Source of the DNA: Candidatus Arcticimaribacter sp.
GTDB taxonomy: Bacteria > Bacteroidota > Bacteroidia > Flavobacteriales > Flavobacteriaceae
Assembly: GCA_042096495.1 (NCBI GenBank)
Contig: JBELLO010000001.1
Location: 1 to 57,111, forward strand
Direction of reading: 5' to 3'
Length of the DNA: 57,111 nucleotides
Part shown: piece by piece, positions 19,817 through 28,499 of the stretch
Numbering within the stretch: position 1 is the stretch's first letter
How the letters are laid out: every line of letters starts with the position of its first letter
Position numbers and translations under genes: made by a program
The notes under the pieces: generated by a model
What the model was told of the DNA's origin: nothing
What the model saw: the letters and a program-made list of their open reading frames with translations, nothing else
Database searches by the model: none

Positions 19817-20005
19817 TAGTTGTTTGTTTGTTTATAAATAATTTAAAAAAAGCTCGTCTCTAATGAGGCGATCGCACAAAACAATTTCATCTTATCTAAA
19901 ACTTTAGATAAGGATAGCATTGCTCTGGCGGTGTCGTTTATTACTTTATCCCAAATAAAGTAATGTAAAAGGTGGGTAAACGCCCAGCTTCTTATATCGT
20001 GTGAT

Positions 20006-20048
20006 TTGGGAGACCAATCTGGGTAACCAGTCTGGTTTACCAAATATA
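20006..20048 (-). promoter_or_regulatory. susC promoter -7 box overlapped by three tandem operator-like boxes
   Basis: Minus strand TATATTTG (20041-20048) matches Bacteroidota TAnnTTTG. TGG-N4-CCA occurs at 20007, 20020 and 20033. Confidence 0.72.
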
Positions 20049-20090
20049 TTAAAATTTATTTAACACACAACTTAGTGTTAATAAAAACCT

Positions 20091-20438
20091 CTATTCCATA
20101 AAATCCTCACGGATTGGACTAAAGACGTCTATCAATTCTCCTGCTTCTTTACAAATTGCCCCGTGAAGCACATTAGTAGGGATATAAAAGTTATCTCCTT
20201 GACGCAAGGTTTGCGTCTCTCCATCAATGGTTACATCAAAGACACCAGAGACAACATGAGTAACTTGTGAATGATGGTGCTGGTGCATAGGACCGATTCC
20301 GCCTTTATCAAAGGCTACATGCACTAACATGATTTTGTCGTCATAGCCCATGATTTTACGTTTAACCCCTTCTCCTACGGTTTCCCATTCCTTGTCTTTG
20401 GTTAACAAAAAAGATTTACTTGTTCCGAAACTCTTCAT
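20091..20438 (-). CDS. kdgF: Cupin protein KdgF (unsaturated uronate linearisation)
   Basis: H.H.HSQ, G.F and HGA cupin motifs; DVFSP.REDF C-terminus; alginate context. Confidence 0.88.
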   Translation of the reverse strand: MKSFGTSKSFLLTKDKEWETVGEGVKRKIMGYDDKIMLVHVAFDKGGIGPMHQHHHSQVTHVVSGVFDVTIDGETQTLRQGDNFYIPTNVLHGAICKEAGELIDVFSPIREDFME

Positions 20439-20504
20439 TTTTAATTGTTATTTAAGTTATTATTATCGTTAATATTTCTTGCGATTAAATAGCATTGATC
20501 GCTT

Positions 20505-22517
20505 TTATTTTTGTGGTGGAGTTGCTAAACCTACCGTTGAATCTCTAAACCAAACTTCCGTATAACTTCCATTTTCATATTGCTTAGCAATGTCTCCGCC
20601 ATAGGTTTCAGCGCCAGTATGCCATACTATATTTTTTTCTGGATCTTTTCCATTGGTTTGGTTGTAGGCTCCTTGTTTGAAATAGTTTAGTTCTCCTTTA
20701 TAAGCAATCGCTCTTTCTGTTCCGTCTTGCCCTAGTGGTCCAAACAATGTTCTCACCTGTTGTGGAATATCTGCAGCAGTTTTAAAGTCAGAATCAATCA
20801 AGTTCTTTGTAAATGTCTTTGTTTCGTGATTTGGACTTTTAAAAGTCAAATACATGATCCCTTCGTAAACATTTACTTCATAACTAAATTCTTCTCCTAG
20901 CATAATCCCATCTTCTGGCTCGGCAGGATACTCGTCTTTTGCTGTTCCTACAACCGCCATATCATAACCCCAAATAGCAGTTGAGTAATCCCATCTTCCT
21001 GAATTGTCATCGCCAGCAGTATTGATTTCATAATTCCAAAATAAAGAGCCTTTTTCATGGCCTGGGAATTTTTTATAATACAATTTAAAAGGCTCATTTT
21101 CATGCCCTTCTCCACTGTGAATCTGTCCAACTACTGTCGAATAAGAAGCGGCAACTCTAGCGTCGCCCGTAGTAGAAACATGCATTACTCTACAAGTACC
21201 CGTTAATTTTCCTCCTTCTTCTGGCACCCACTCTCTTTTTTCGTGTAGTTCTGTTCTAGTATTACTTGAGTTGGGAGAAGTAACGCCAGAATTAGGTGTT
21301 TTAAAGGCCACCCAGCGTCTTGTCCCGTCGATCACCGTGTAGAAAAAGTCTTTGTTTTCAAAGTCTACTAGATTATCTTCTCTTGAACCATCTCCCATTA
21401 AAATTTTAAACTTATCCATAAAAGGAATTACGGCGCTAGGGTAAACGGTCTTTTTGCTCAAATCATCGTTTGCTGCGAAATAGCCTTCATTCGAATAAGC
21501 TTTATCACTGATTTCGATATTGGCTGTTTTAAACCTAACCTCAGCATAATTTCCATCGGCGTATTGCTTTTGAAGATCACCCCCGTGAGTTTCTGCGCCA
21601 GAACACCATACTCGATTGACTTGTGGACTTTTTCCATTGGTTTGATTATAACTCCCCAACTTAAAGAATAAACCTTGATCGGTATACGCTTTTTCACGTT
21701 CAACACCATCTTGCCCTATCGGGAAAAACAACTCCTTCACCTGAGTAGGAATGTCTTCTTTTGTTTTAAACTCAGAGTCAATTAAATTTTTGGTAAAGGT
21801 TTTTGTTTCATGACCTTCACTTGAAAAAGTGAGGTACATCATTCCTTCTTTCACTTCTACTTCGTAACTAAATTCTTCTCCTAAAGCGATACCTTCTTCT
21901 GGCTCTTCAGGATAGGTGTCCTCACCAGTTCCTACAACAGAAAAGTCATAGCCCCAAATAGGATAAGAATAATCCCATCTTCCTGAGTTGTCTTCTCCTG
22001 CAGTGTTGATTTCATAATTCCAAAAAACCGATCCCTTCGTATGCCCAGGGAATTTTTTATAGTATAATTTAAAAGGTTCATTTTCATGTCCATCTGCACT
22101 GTGAATCTGACCCACAACGACAGAATAGCTTGCCGCCACTCTTGCATCCCCAGTTGTAGACACATTGGTCACTTTAAGGGTTGCATTGAGTTTAGCATCG
22201 GTCATGGGGGTCCATTTTTTTAACTGTGCTAGCTCTGTTCTTGTATTATTAGAAGTACCGTGGGTATTCCCTGCATTAGGGGTTTTAAATACCACCCACT
22301 TTTCTTCTCCCTCTTGCGTTGCATAAAAGAAGTCTTTGTTTTCATAGTCGGTTGCCTGACCCACATTTGACCCATCCCCTAAAATGAGATTCCAATGCTG
22401 GAAAAAAGGGATGACATCATTTGCCTTAAGTGTAGGCTGAATATTTTCTGCACACCCCTGCAGGAGCAACAAAGATATTATTGTAAATAGTCGAAAAGCT
22501 AGGGTTGATTTTGTCAT
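20505..22517 (-). CDS. PL7 alginate lyase with two tandem catalytic domains, lipoprotein
   Basis: Lipobox LLQGC; two copies each of RTEL, QIH and (Y/F)FK.G.YNQ motifs. Confidence 0.92.
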   Translation of the reverse strand: MTKSTLAFRLFTIISLLLLQGCAENIQPTLKANDVIPFFQHWNLILGDGSNVGQATDYENKDFFYATQEGEEKWVVFKTPNAGNTHGTSNNTRTELAQLKKWTPMTDAKLNATLKVTNVSTTGDARVAASYSVVVGQIHSADGHENEPFKLYYKKFPGHTKGSVFWNYEINTAGEDNSGRWDYSYPIWGYDFSVVGTGEDTYPEEPEEGIALGEEFSYEVEVKEGMMYLTFSSEGHETKTFTKNLIDSEFKTKEDIPTQVKELFFPIGQDGVEREKAYTDQGLFFKLGSYNQTNGKSPQVNRVWCSGAETHGGDLQKQYADGNYAEVRFKTANIEISDKAYSNEGYFAANDDLSKKTVYPSAVIPFMDKFKILMGDGSREDNLVDFENKDFFYTVIDGTRRWVAFKTPNSGVTSPNSSNTRTELHEKREWVPEEGGKLTGTCRVMHVSTTGDARVAASYSTVVGQIHSGEGHENEPFKLYYKKFPGHEKGSLFWNYEINTAGDDNSGRWDYSTAIWGYDMAVVGTAKDEYPAEPEDGIMLGEEFSYEVNVYEGIMYLTFKSPNHETKTFTKNLIDSDFKTAADIPQQVRTLFGPLGQDGTERAIAYKGELNYFKQGAYNQTNGKDPEKNIVWHTGAETYGGDIAKQYENGSYTEVWFRDSTVGLATPPQK

Positions 22518-22536
22518 TATAGTTTGTTTATAATTT

Positions 22537-22561
22537 TTGGTTTTCCAATTTGGTCAACCAA
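22537..22561. promoter_or_regulatory. Two tandem operator-like boxes upstream of the PL7 gene
   Basis: TGGttttCCA (22538) and TGGtcaaCCA (22551), 13 bp apart. Confidence 0.68.
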
Positions 22562-22599
22562 TATAAGAATTTCCATTTAAAACCGCTTCTCTCCCTCAT

Positions 22600-22635
22600 A
22601 AAAAAGCCCCTATAAAATTTAATAGAGGCTTTCTT
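22600..22635 (-). terminator. Rho-independent terminator
   Basis: AAAAAAGCCcCTAT...ATAGaGGCTTT, giving a hairpin plus T run on the minus strand after the SnoaL gene. Confidence 0.65.
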
Positions 22636-22658
22636 AAAACTTATATTATTATAATAGA

Positions 22659-23582
22659 CTAAGGCAATAGTGCGCCATTGTAATACGCTACTTGACGTGT
22701 TATTTTACCTTCTGCATTAAAGGAATGGCTAAAATGACAGAATACTTTAATCATTTCTTCTGTCTTTTTACTTTTAAACCTAAAGGTCCACCACGAAATC
22801 GCTTCTGCCCCGCTGCCTTCATAATCTAAAAGATCTGGATAGCCGTATTCGTCTATGCTGATCAAATCATATTTCGTTAAAGTCTGCTCAAAGCCAGCCT
22901 TGTTTTCTGCAATAGACATTGAAGTACCTACAGGGGCATTGATATCAGAAAAACGTGCGCCTTCTGTATAAAAAGAATAGGCCTTGTCATGGTCCCCCAT
23001 CTCAAAATATGAAATCACCTTTCTTATCGTTCTAATGTTTTCGTGATCTTTATAAATGGTTCCATTGCGAATAGTTTCAAAAGACAAACTGTACTTGTCC
23101 ATCATTTTTGTATTGTAATTGATAATCATGGCAGCAATTTTATCCCCTGCTTTATTTAAAATAAAAGAACGATCATAAGGCATCTCGATTTTAAAGCCGT
23201 TGTTCTTGTCAATACCATGAAAAACATCATAAGTGTAAATCCATGTACCAGAACGTTTGTATTCTAATGCATCTGGATAAGACCCCCCTCTTTTGTTAAT
23301 GGTATAATTCATCAAAGCACCTTTCCAATACTTGGCTTGATTGATCATATCCTGCTTTGTAGAAGAGTTCCTGTCTTTGTTCATTCTTTCACCATTAAAG
23401 GCTTTGAAATCATCTGTCATCAAAGCATTGAGTTGGGCTTCATCTGCCGCAATAAAGGCTTTATTGAACTTTTCGACTAGGTCAATTCCAGGATGTTGAT
23501 CATAGATTTTACCGTTGGAATTTTTTTGTGCAACTACACTTACTGATCCCGCAAGAAGCAGGATGAAATAAAATTTTTTCAT
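22659..23582 (-). CDS. Secreted tandem SnoaL/NTF2-like protein
   Basis: Signal peptide; two related halves starting NGKIYDQHPGI and NGTIYKDHENI, each with a YPD.L.Y motif. Confidence 0.8.
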   Translation of the reverse strand: MKKFYFILLLAGSVSVVAQKNSNGKIYDQHPGIDLVEKFNKAFIAADEAQLNALMTDDFKAFNGERMNKDRNSSTKQDMINQAKYWKGALMNYTINKRGGSYPDALEYKRSGTWIYTYDVFHGIDKNNGFKIEMPYDRSFILNKAGDKIAAMIINYNTKMMDKYSLSFETIRNGTIYKDHENIRTIRKVISYFEMGDHDKAYSFYTEGARFSDINAPVGTSMSIAENKAGFEQTLTKYDLISIDEYGYPDLLDYEGSGAEAISWWTFRFKSKKTEEMIKVFCHFSHSFNAEGKITRQVAYYNGALLP

Positions 23583-23715
23583 CTTAAATTAGTTTATGGT
23601 TGACTAAATTTATAAAAATCTAATTAGATCAGAAAATCTATCCGATAGAATAAAACGGTTTCTTCGTCTTTAAAAATTAAAGAAAGAAAAATGTGAAAAT
23701 GTTATATTGCAGCTT

Positions 23716-24399
23716 ATGAAATTGAAAACCCTAGCCTTAAAACTCCTTTTGGCCTTAATGCTGATTGCTTGCCAATCAAAACCATCGACAAGTTCTCCTT
23801 CAACTTATCTTGCTTTAGGAGACAGTTATACCATAGGTGAAAGCGTGACAGACAGCCTGCGATGGCCTAACCAACTGGTGGCGGCACTCAAGCAAAATGG
23901 AAAGCAATTTGATCCTGCAAACATTATAGCAAGAACAGGATGGACCACAGATGAATTATCGACAGCAATGGATACTGTAGCATTAGCTCCTTCTTATGAT
24001 TATGTTTCCCTTTTAATTGGAGTTAATAATCAATACAGAGGGAGAAGCATCGAGAATTTCGAAACAGAATTTATTCAATTACTAGATCGTTCAGTTACTC
24101 TAGGGAACCAAAAGGGTGCAAATGTCTTTGTACTCTCTATACCAGACTGGGGCGTTATGCCTTTTGCCGAGGGCAGGAACCGCAAACAAATTGCCCTCGA
24201 AATAGATCAATTTAACGCAGTAATTCAAACGGCATGTCGCGATAGAAATATCGCCTTTTTTGACATCACTCCTATTTCCAGAGAAGCAGAAACGAATCCT
24301 ATTCTCGTCGCTAACGATGGTTTGCACCCTAGCGGGGAAATGTATGCAAGATGGGTTGACACCCTACTACCATTTTTTAATACTACTGGGAATGAATAG
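23716..24399 (+). CDS. SGNH/GDSL hydrolase lipoprotein
   Basis: GDSY, G.TT, GVNN and DGLHP blocks; lipobox LIAC; ATG at 23716. Confidence 0.88.
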   Translation: MKLKTLALKLLLALMLIACQSKPSTSSPSTYLALGDSYTIGESVTDSLRWPNQLVAALKQNGKQFDPANIIARTGWTTDELSTAMDTVALAPSYDYVSLLIGVNNQYRGRSIENFETEFIQLLDRSVTLGNQKGANVFVLSIPDWGVMPFAEGRNRKQIALEIDQFNAVIQTACRDRNIAFFDITPISREAETNPILVANDGLHPSGEMYARWVDTLLPFFNTTGNE

Positions 24400-25657
24400 A
24401 CGTGAAATAGCCCAAGATCTCGACAGTAAAGATTCTTTAGCCCATTTTAAAAAAGAATTTTATCATCCCGAAAATGAAATTTATCTCGATGGGAATTCTT
24501 TGGGTAAACTTCCGCTAAAAGCGAAAGAAAATATGGCCACAGTAATGCAAGAGCAATGGGGAAAGCATTTGATTAGGAGCTGGAACGATCATTGGTTAGA
24601 TTTACCTAAACGCCTTGCGTCAAAACTAGCCCAATTGTTGAACGCAAAAGACCATGAAGTACTTGTAGGCGAATCTACTTCAGTCAATTTATACAAGCTC
24701 GCCCAGGCCCTGATACAATCTGGACATTACCCCAAACAACTCCTTACAGATGCGCTTAATTTTCCAACAGATAATTATATCCTCGAGGGGATTTGCCGTG
24801 AAAATGCTTTGGCGAAGCCTATTTGCATTCACTACTCCTCTGATTTAAAAGCAGATCTAAACCTACTAAAGGATCAAATATCTGCACATCCCGGCGTAGT
24901 TTGCTTGAGTTTAGTGAGCTACAAAAGTGCTTATTATTATCCTATGAAGGCGCTCAATCTTCACGCCAAAGAGAACAACAGCATCATCATTTGGGATTTG
25001 AGTCATGCGGTCGGTGCAGTTGCAATCGACCTCAAAGAAACCGAATCTTTAGCGGCGATTGGGTGTACCTATAAATACCTCAACGGTGGACCAGGTTCGC
25101 CCGCTTTTATTTATTTAGAAGAAACTTTAAGTCCGCGTCTTTTGAGCCCTATTCAAGGTTGGTTTGGTCACGCAAAACCTTTTGACTTTTCGCAAGAATA
25201 TCTTCCTGCAGCTGGGATCGAAAAATTTGATGCGGGTACCCCCACCGTCTTATCCCTTGCGGCAATGGAAGCAGGAATCGATATTACTTTAGCCGCAGGT
25301 ATTAAAAATATTAGCGCAAAAAGTATCACGCTAACTAACGCGCTAATTAAGGAGATAGAAACTCAACTCACCCCTTTAGGATACGCGCTTGAAAGTCCTA
25401 CAGAAGCGATTGAACGTGGGTCTCATGTTACGATTTCGCATCAAGAGTCCTGGCGCGTTTGTCAATGCCTACTGCATGGAAATGAAAAAAGGCCAAAAAT
25501 CATTCCTGACTTTCGACCTCCTCATTATATTCGTTTGGGAATAGCTCCCTTGTATATAGGTCATGAAGATCTGTGGCTTACAGTAGAGCGATTAAAAGAA
25601 ATCGTTCTTGAAAAAGAGTATGAACACTATAGTCAAACTCGGCCTGTGGTGACCTAG
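24392..25657 (+). CDS. kynU: Kynureninase
   Basis: IYLDGNSLG, FPTD.Y, WDLSHAVG, GCTYKYLNGGPG and RGSHV motifs. ATG at 24392 overlaps the upstream stop. Confidence 0.9.
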   Translation: MNRREIAQDLDSKDSLAHFKKEFYHPENEIYLDGNSLGKLPLKAKENMATVMQEQWGKHLIRSWNDHWLDLPKRLASKLAQLLNAKDHEVLVGESTSVNLYKLAQALIQSGHYPKQLLTDALNFPTDNYILEGICRENALAKPICIHYSSDLKADLNLLKDQISAHPGVVCLSLVSYKSAYYYPMKALNLHAKENNSIIIWDLSHAVGAVAIDLKETESLAAIGCTYKYLNGGPGSPAFIYLEETLSPRLLSPIQGWFGHAKPFDFSQEYLPAAGIEKFDAGTPTVLSLAAMEAGIDITLAAGIKNISAKSITLTNALIKEIETQLTPLGYALESPTEAIERGSHVTISHQESWRVCQCLLHGNEKRPKIIPDFRPPHYIRLGIAPLYIGHEDLWLTVERLKEIVLEKEYEHYSQTRPVVT

Positions 25658-26139
25658 TTGTATCTTTTGTCCCCGTTCTCGATAGAATCTGGGTGTACAG
25701 GTGGTGGAGGTGGCGGAATTGACTCCATGTTGTGATGCCGTCTTCTATGTTTGTGTTTTTTCTTTATATGATTCTTTTGATCGTCAGAAAGGCTTTTATG
25801 GTAAGCGCCTCTTGATTGATGCACTCCTTCTCGCATGGCACGATAAAGTGCTCTTTGCGCTTCGGTTAATGATTCGACAAACTCTTTTCTGCGTTGTTTC
25901 TTGTTCATAGAATCGTTCTTTAAAATAGCGCTTTGCGCTTCGGTTAAAGAGGCTTTAAAATCTGCTCTCAAACTCTTGATGATTTCACGACGTTCTTTTA
26001 ACAAGGCTTTTTGTTCTTGCGAAAGACTTTCTAAGCGTTCAAGTTTAACGTTATTCGATGTTGGAATCTCTTGTGCGTTAACACAGAAAGAAAAAAGTAG
26101 TATTAGAAAGGGCAAAAAAGGTGTTCTGAATGTTTTCAT
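25654..26139 (-). CDS. Periplasmic Spy/CpxP-like helical protein
   Basis: Signal peptide; four L(T/S)xxQ motifs (LSQEQ, LTEAQ twice, LSDDQ); His/Pro-rich tail. Confidence 0.65.
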   Translation of the reverse strand: MKTFRTPFLPFLILLFSFCVNAQEIPTSNNVKLERLESLSQEQKALLKERREIIKSLRADFKASLTEAQSAILKNDSMNKKQRRKEFVESLTEAQRALYRAMREGVHQSRGAYHKSLSDDQKNHIKKKHKHRRRHHNMESIPPPPPPVHPDSIENGDKRYN

Positions 26140-26156
26140 ATTTAAGGCTTTAGTTT

Positions 26157-26185
26157 TTAGACCATCAAAAGCAAAGAAAGTTTTA
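26157..26185 (-). promoter_or_regulatory. Putative ECF sigma promoter for the Spy-like gene
   Basis: Minus strand TAAAACTTTCTTTGCTTTTGATGGTCTAA, a near copy of 27089-27117. Confidence 0.65.
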
Positions 26186-26539
26186 ATTCAAGGCGATATC
26201 GTCTTCAAAATTATCTAATAACGCTTCTTGAATTGCTTGATCTAACTCTTCTTCTTCTAACAAAAGTGTCTCCATTAATAAGGAGGTGACAAAAACGTCT
26301 TCTTCAACTCCAGCGGTTTCTACAACGGTTGTATCATTTGCTTGCGTTAAAAAGAAAATGAACAATAAAGAAGCAGCAATCCCACTCAGAGCTACCCAGG
26401 GGGAACTCAATCTTATTTTTCTAGACGCATTTGTTTCTGCTTCAATTAAATGAAGGATTTGCTTTTTGCTTTCTTTTGAGTGATTTTTTGGTCTTTTAAA
26501 CCCTAAATCGTTTTGTGTGATTTTCATTTTACTACTCAT
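26183..26539 (-). CDS. Probable membrane-anchored anti-sigma factor
   Basis: Directly downstream of the ECF gene; GFKRP motif, single TM (W..GIAASLL) and acidic C-terminus. Confidence 0.65.
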   Translation of the reverse strand: MSSKMKITQNDLGFKRPKNHSKESKKQILHLIEAETNASRKIRLSSPWVALSGIAASLLFIFFLTQANDTTVVETAGVEEDVFVTSLLMETLLLEEEELDQAIQEALLDNFEDDIALN

Positions 26540-26540
26540 C

Positions 26541-27044
26541 TTATACGCTTTTTTCTAACTGCTGTTTAACTTTTTTTTCCGCTTTATAATAAAGGGTTTT
26601 TACAGAGTTTTTGTTTTTATCAATCATTGTTGCTATTTGAGAAAACTTTAGTGCATCAAAGTATTTTAAACTAAAAATATGCCGCTCGTTTTCTTTGAGT
26701 TTTGCAAGGGCTTGATGAAGCGCTAACTCACCTTTATCGCCATCAAAATGACTATCTGCTTTTAAACTTTCTAAATAGCTATTATCGACATCATCTAAAC
26801 GGTAATGCTGCTTTTTTTGTTTTAAAAAACGCATGCATTCGTTATAGGCGATGCGAAACATCCAAGTGTCAATTTTGCTTTCCCCTTTAAATCCTGGAAG
26901 TCCTTTATGAATTTTTAACCAAGTGTTTTGTAAAACATCCTGTGCGTCATCATGCACCAAAACAATTTTACGTATCATCCAATACAAACGATCGTGATGC
27001 GCTTCTAGCAAAGCATTAAAGTCTGTCGTTATTGGCATACTCAT
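26541..27044 (-). CDS. ECF-family RNA polymerase sigma factor
   Basis: DAQDVLQNTW..F.GES...TW.FRIAYN (region 2) and a region 4 HTH. Start uncertain (27083, 27044 or 27038). Confidence 0.88.
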   Translation of the reverse strand: MSMPITTDFNALLEAHHDRLYWMIRKIVLVHDDAQDVLQNTWLKIHKGLPGFKGESKIDTWMFRIAYNECMRFLKQKKQHYRLDDVDNSYLESLKADSHFDGDKGELALHQALAKLKENERHIFSLKYFDALKFSQIATMIDKNKNSVKTLYYKAEKKVKQQLEKSV

Positions 27045-27088
27045 CGTATTATCTTGGCCATAAGAGGATAAAACAATTTCCATACAAT

Positions 27089-27117
27089 TAAGACCCACAA
27101 AAGGCTAAAAAGTTTTA
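27089..27117 (-). promoter_or_regulatory. Putative autoregulatory ECF promoter
   Basis: Minus strand TAAAACTTTTTAGCCTTTTGTGGGTCTTA (AAAC-N17-GTCT). Confidence 0.65.
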
Positions 27118-27161
27118 ATGTAAAACGTCACTTAACAATTTTACACCTTAAAAAACAAATT

Positions 27162-28343
27162 CTATATTACTTCAAAAAGACCAGCAGCGCCCATCCCCCC
27201 TCCTACACACATGGTAGAAACGACATATTTTGCACCGCGGCGTTTTCCTTCAATCAAAGCGTGAGCAACCATACGCGCACCAGACATGCCATAAGGGTGC
27301 CCGATAGAAATTGCCCCACCGTTTACATTCATCAATTCATTAGGGATACCTAAATGATCACGGCAGTAGAGCACTTGCACGGCAAAAGCTTCGTTGAGTT
27401 CCCACAGGCCGATATCGTCCATTTTAAGCCCATTGGCTTTTAACAACTTTGGAATAGCATAAATAGGTCCAATACCCATCTCATCTGGTTCGCAGCCAGC
27501 AACAGCTATTCCTCTATAAATTCCTAGCGGAGTTACATTGTGTCTAGCGGCAACACTAGCCTCCATCAAAACACTTGCCGATGCGCCATCTGATAATTGA
27601 CTGGCATTCCCCGCAGTGATACAACCATTTTCTATCACTGGATTTAAACCTGCTAATCCTTCTAGTTGTGTACTGGGTCGATTTCCCTGATCTTTCTCTA
27701 AAGTAAAATCGTGGAAACTAATCTCTTTTGTTTCGCGATCCATCACCCCCATATTTGTTGTGGTAGTAATAATCTCGTCGTCAAACTTTCCTGCTTCTTG
27801 GGCAGCAGCAGTTCTTTGTTGGCTCTGCAAAGCATATTCGTCTTGCGCTTCGCGCGAAATAATATAGCGCTTTGCAACTACTTCTGCCGTTTGCAGCATG
27901 GGCATATAAATATGTTTGTGCTGCGCAACCAATGCTTTGTCGACCATGCGATGGGTATTCATATGTTCGTTTTGAACAAGACTGATCGATTCTACTCCCC
28001 CACCGATAACGACGTCCATACCGTCGCTTTGAATTTGTTTTGCGGCAGTGGCAATTGCCATCATTCCAGAAGAACATTGGCGATCAATACTCATTCCACT
28101 AACTGTAGCAGGAAGTCCTCCAGCTAAAGCGGCCATTCGACCAATATTTCCACCCGTGGTTCCTTGTTGTAAAGCAGCTCCCATAATTACATCATCAACT
28201 TGACTGGGATCTACCCCGGCACGTTTAACGGCTTCTTTTACGGCGATTCCAGCTAAGGTGGGGGCGGTAGTGTTATTATAGGCCCCTCTATAGGCTTTCC
28301 CAATGGGTGTTCTTGCTGTAGATACAATTAATGCTTCTCTCAT
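27162..28343 (-). CDS. Acetyl-CoA C-acyltransferase (thiolase)
   Basis: RQCSSG, NEAFA, GHPYG and MCVGGG motifs. Confidence 0.93.
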   Translation of the reverse strand: MREALIVSTARTPIGKAYRGAYNNTTAPTLAGIAVKEAVKRAGVDPSQVDDVIMGAALQQGTTGGNIGRMAALAGGLPATVSGMSIDRQCSSGMMAIATAAKQIQSDGMDVVIGGGVESISLVQNEHMNTHRMVDKALVAQHKHIYMPMLQTAEVVAKRYIISREAQDEYALQSQQRTAAAQEAGKFDDEIITTTTNMGVMDRETKEISFHDFTLEKDQGNRPSTQLEGLAGLNPVIENGCITAGNASQLSDGASASVLMEASVAARHNVTPLGIYRGIAVAGCEPDEMGIGPIYAIPKLLKANGLKMDDIGLWELNEAFAVQVLYCRDHLGIPNELMNVNGGAISIGHPYGMSGARMVAHALIEGKRRGAKYVVSTMCVGGGMGAAGLFEVI

Positions 28344-28499
28344 ATTGATATATTTATTGTAAGTGTTTTGTCTTTCCTTACAAATTAAGCGATTTATTTC
28401 AATTTCTCTGTTCTTTTGTTTTTGGGTTATTCAATTGAAGTAATTAATAGCAGGTGATTTTTAACATCCATTTAATTTTAAGTACATTAGAAAGGTCTA

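Noticed and set aside
19843-20043. 66-aa minus-strand ORF upstream of susC as a leader peptide
   Set aside because: Its TTG start lies inside the -7 box and operator array and the product has no protein-like features. It is better explained as a non-coding leader.
20505-22517. Diversity-generating retroelement template/variable repeat pair in the PL7 or adhesin repeats
   Set aside because: No reverse transcriptase occurs in the window, both copies are coding, and the differences are not adenine-specific.
24260-24391. Extended N-termini from the ORF track (kynU; also kdgA, TBDR, amidohydrolase, ECF sigma)
   Set aside because: They overlap upstream genes or promoters, or precede an obvious signal peptide, so downstream ATGs were chosen.
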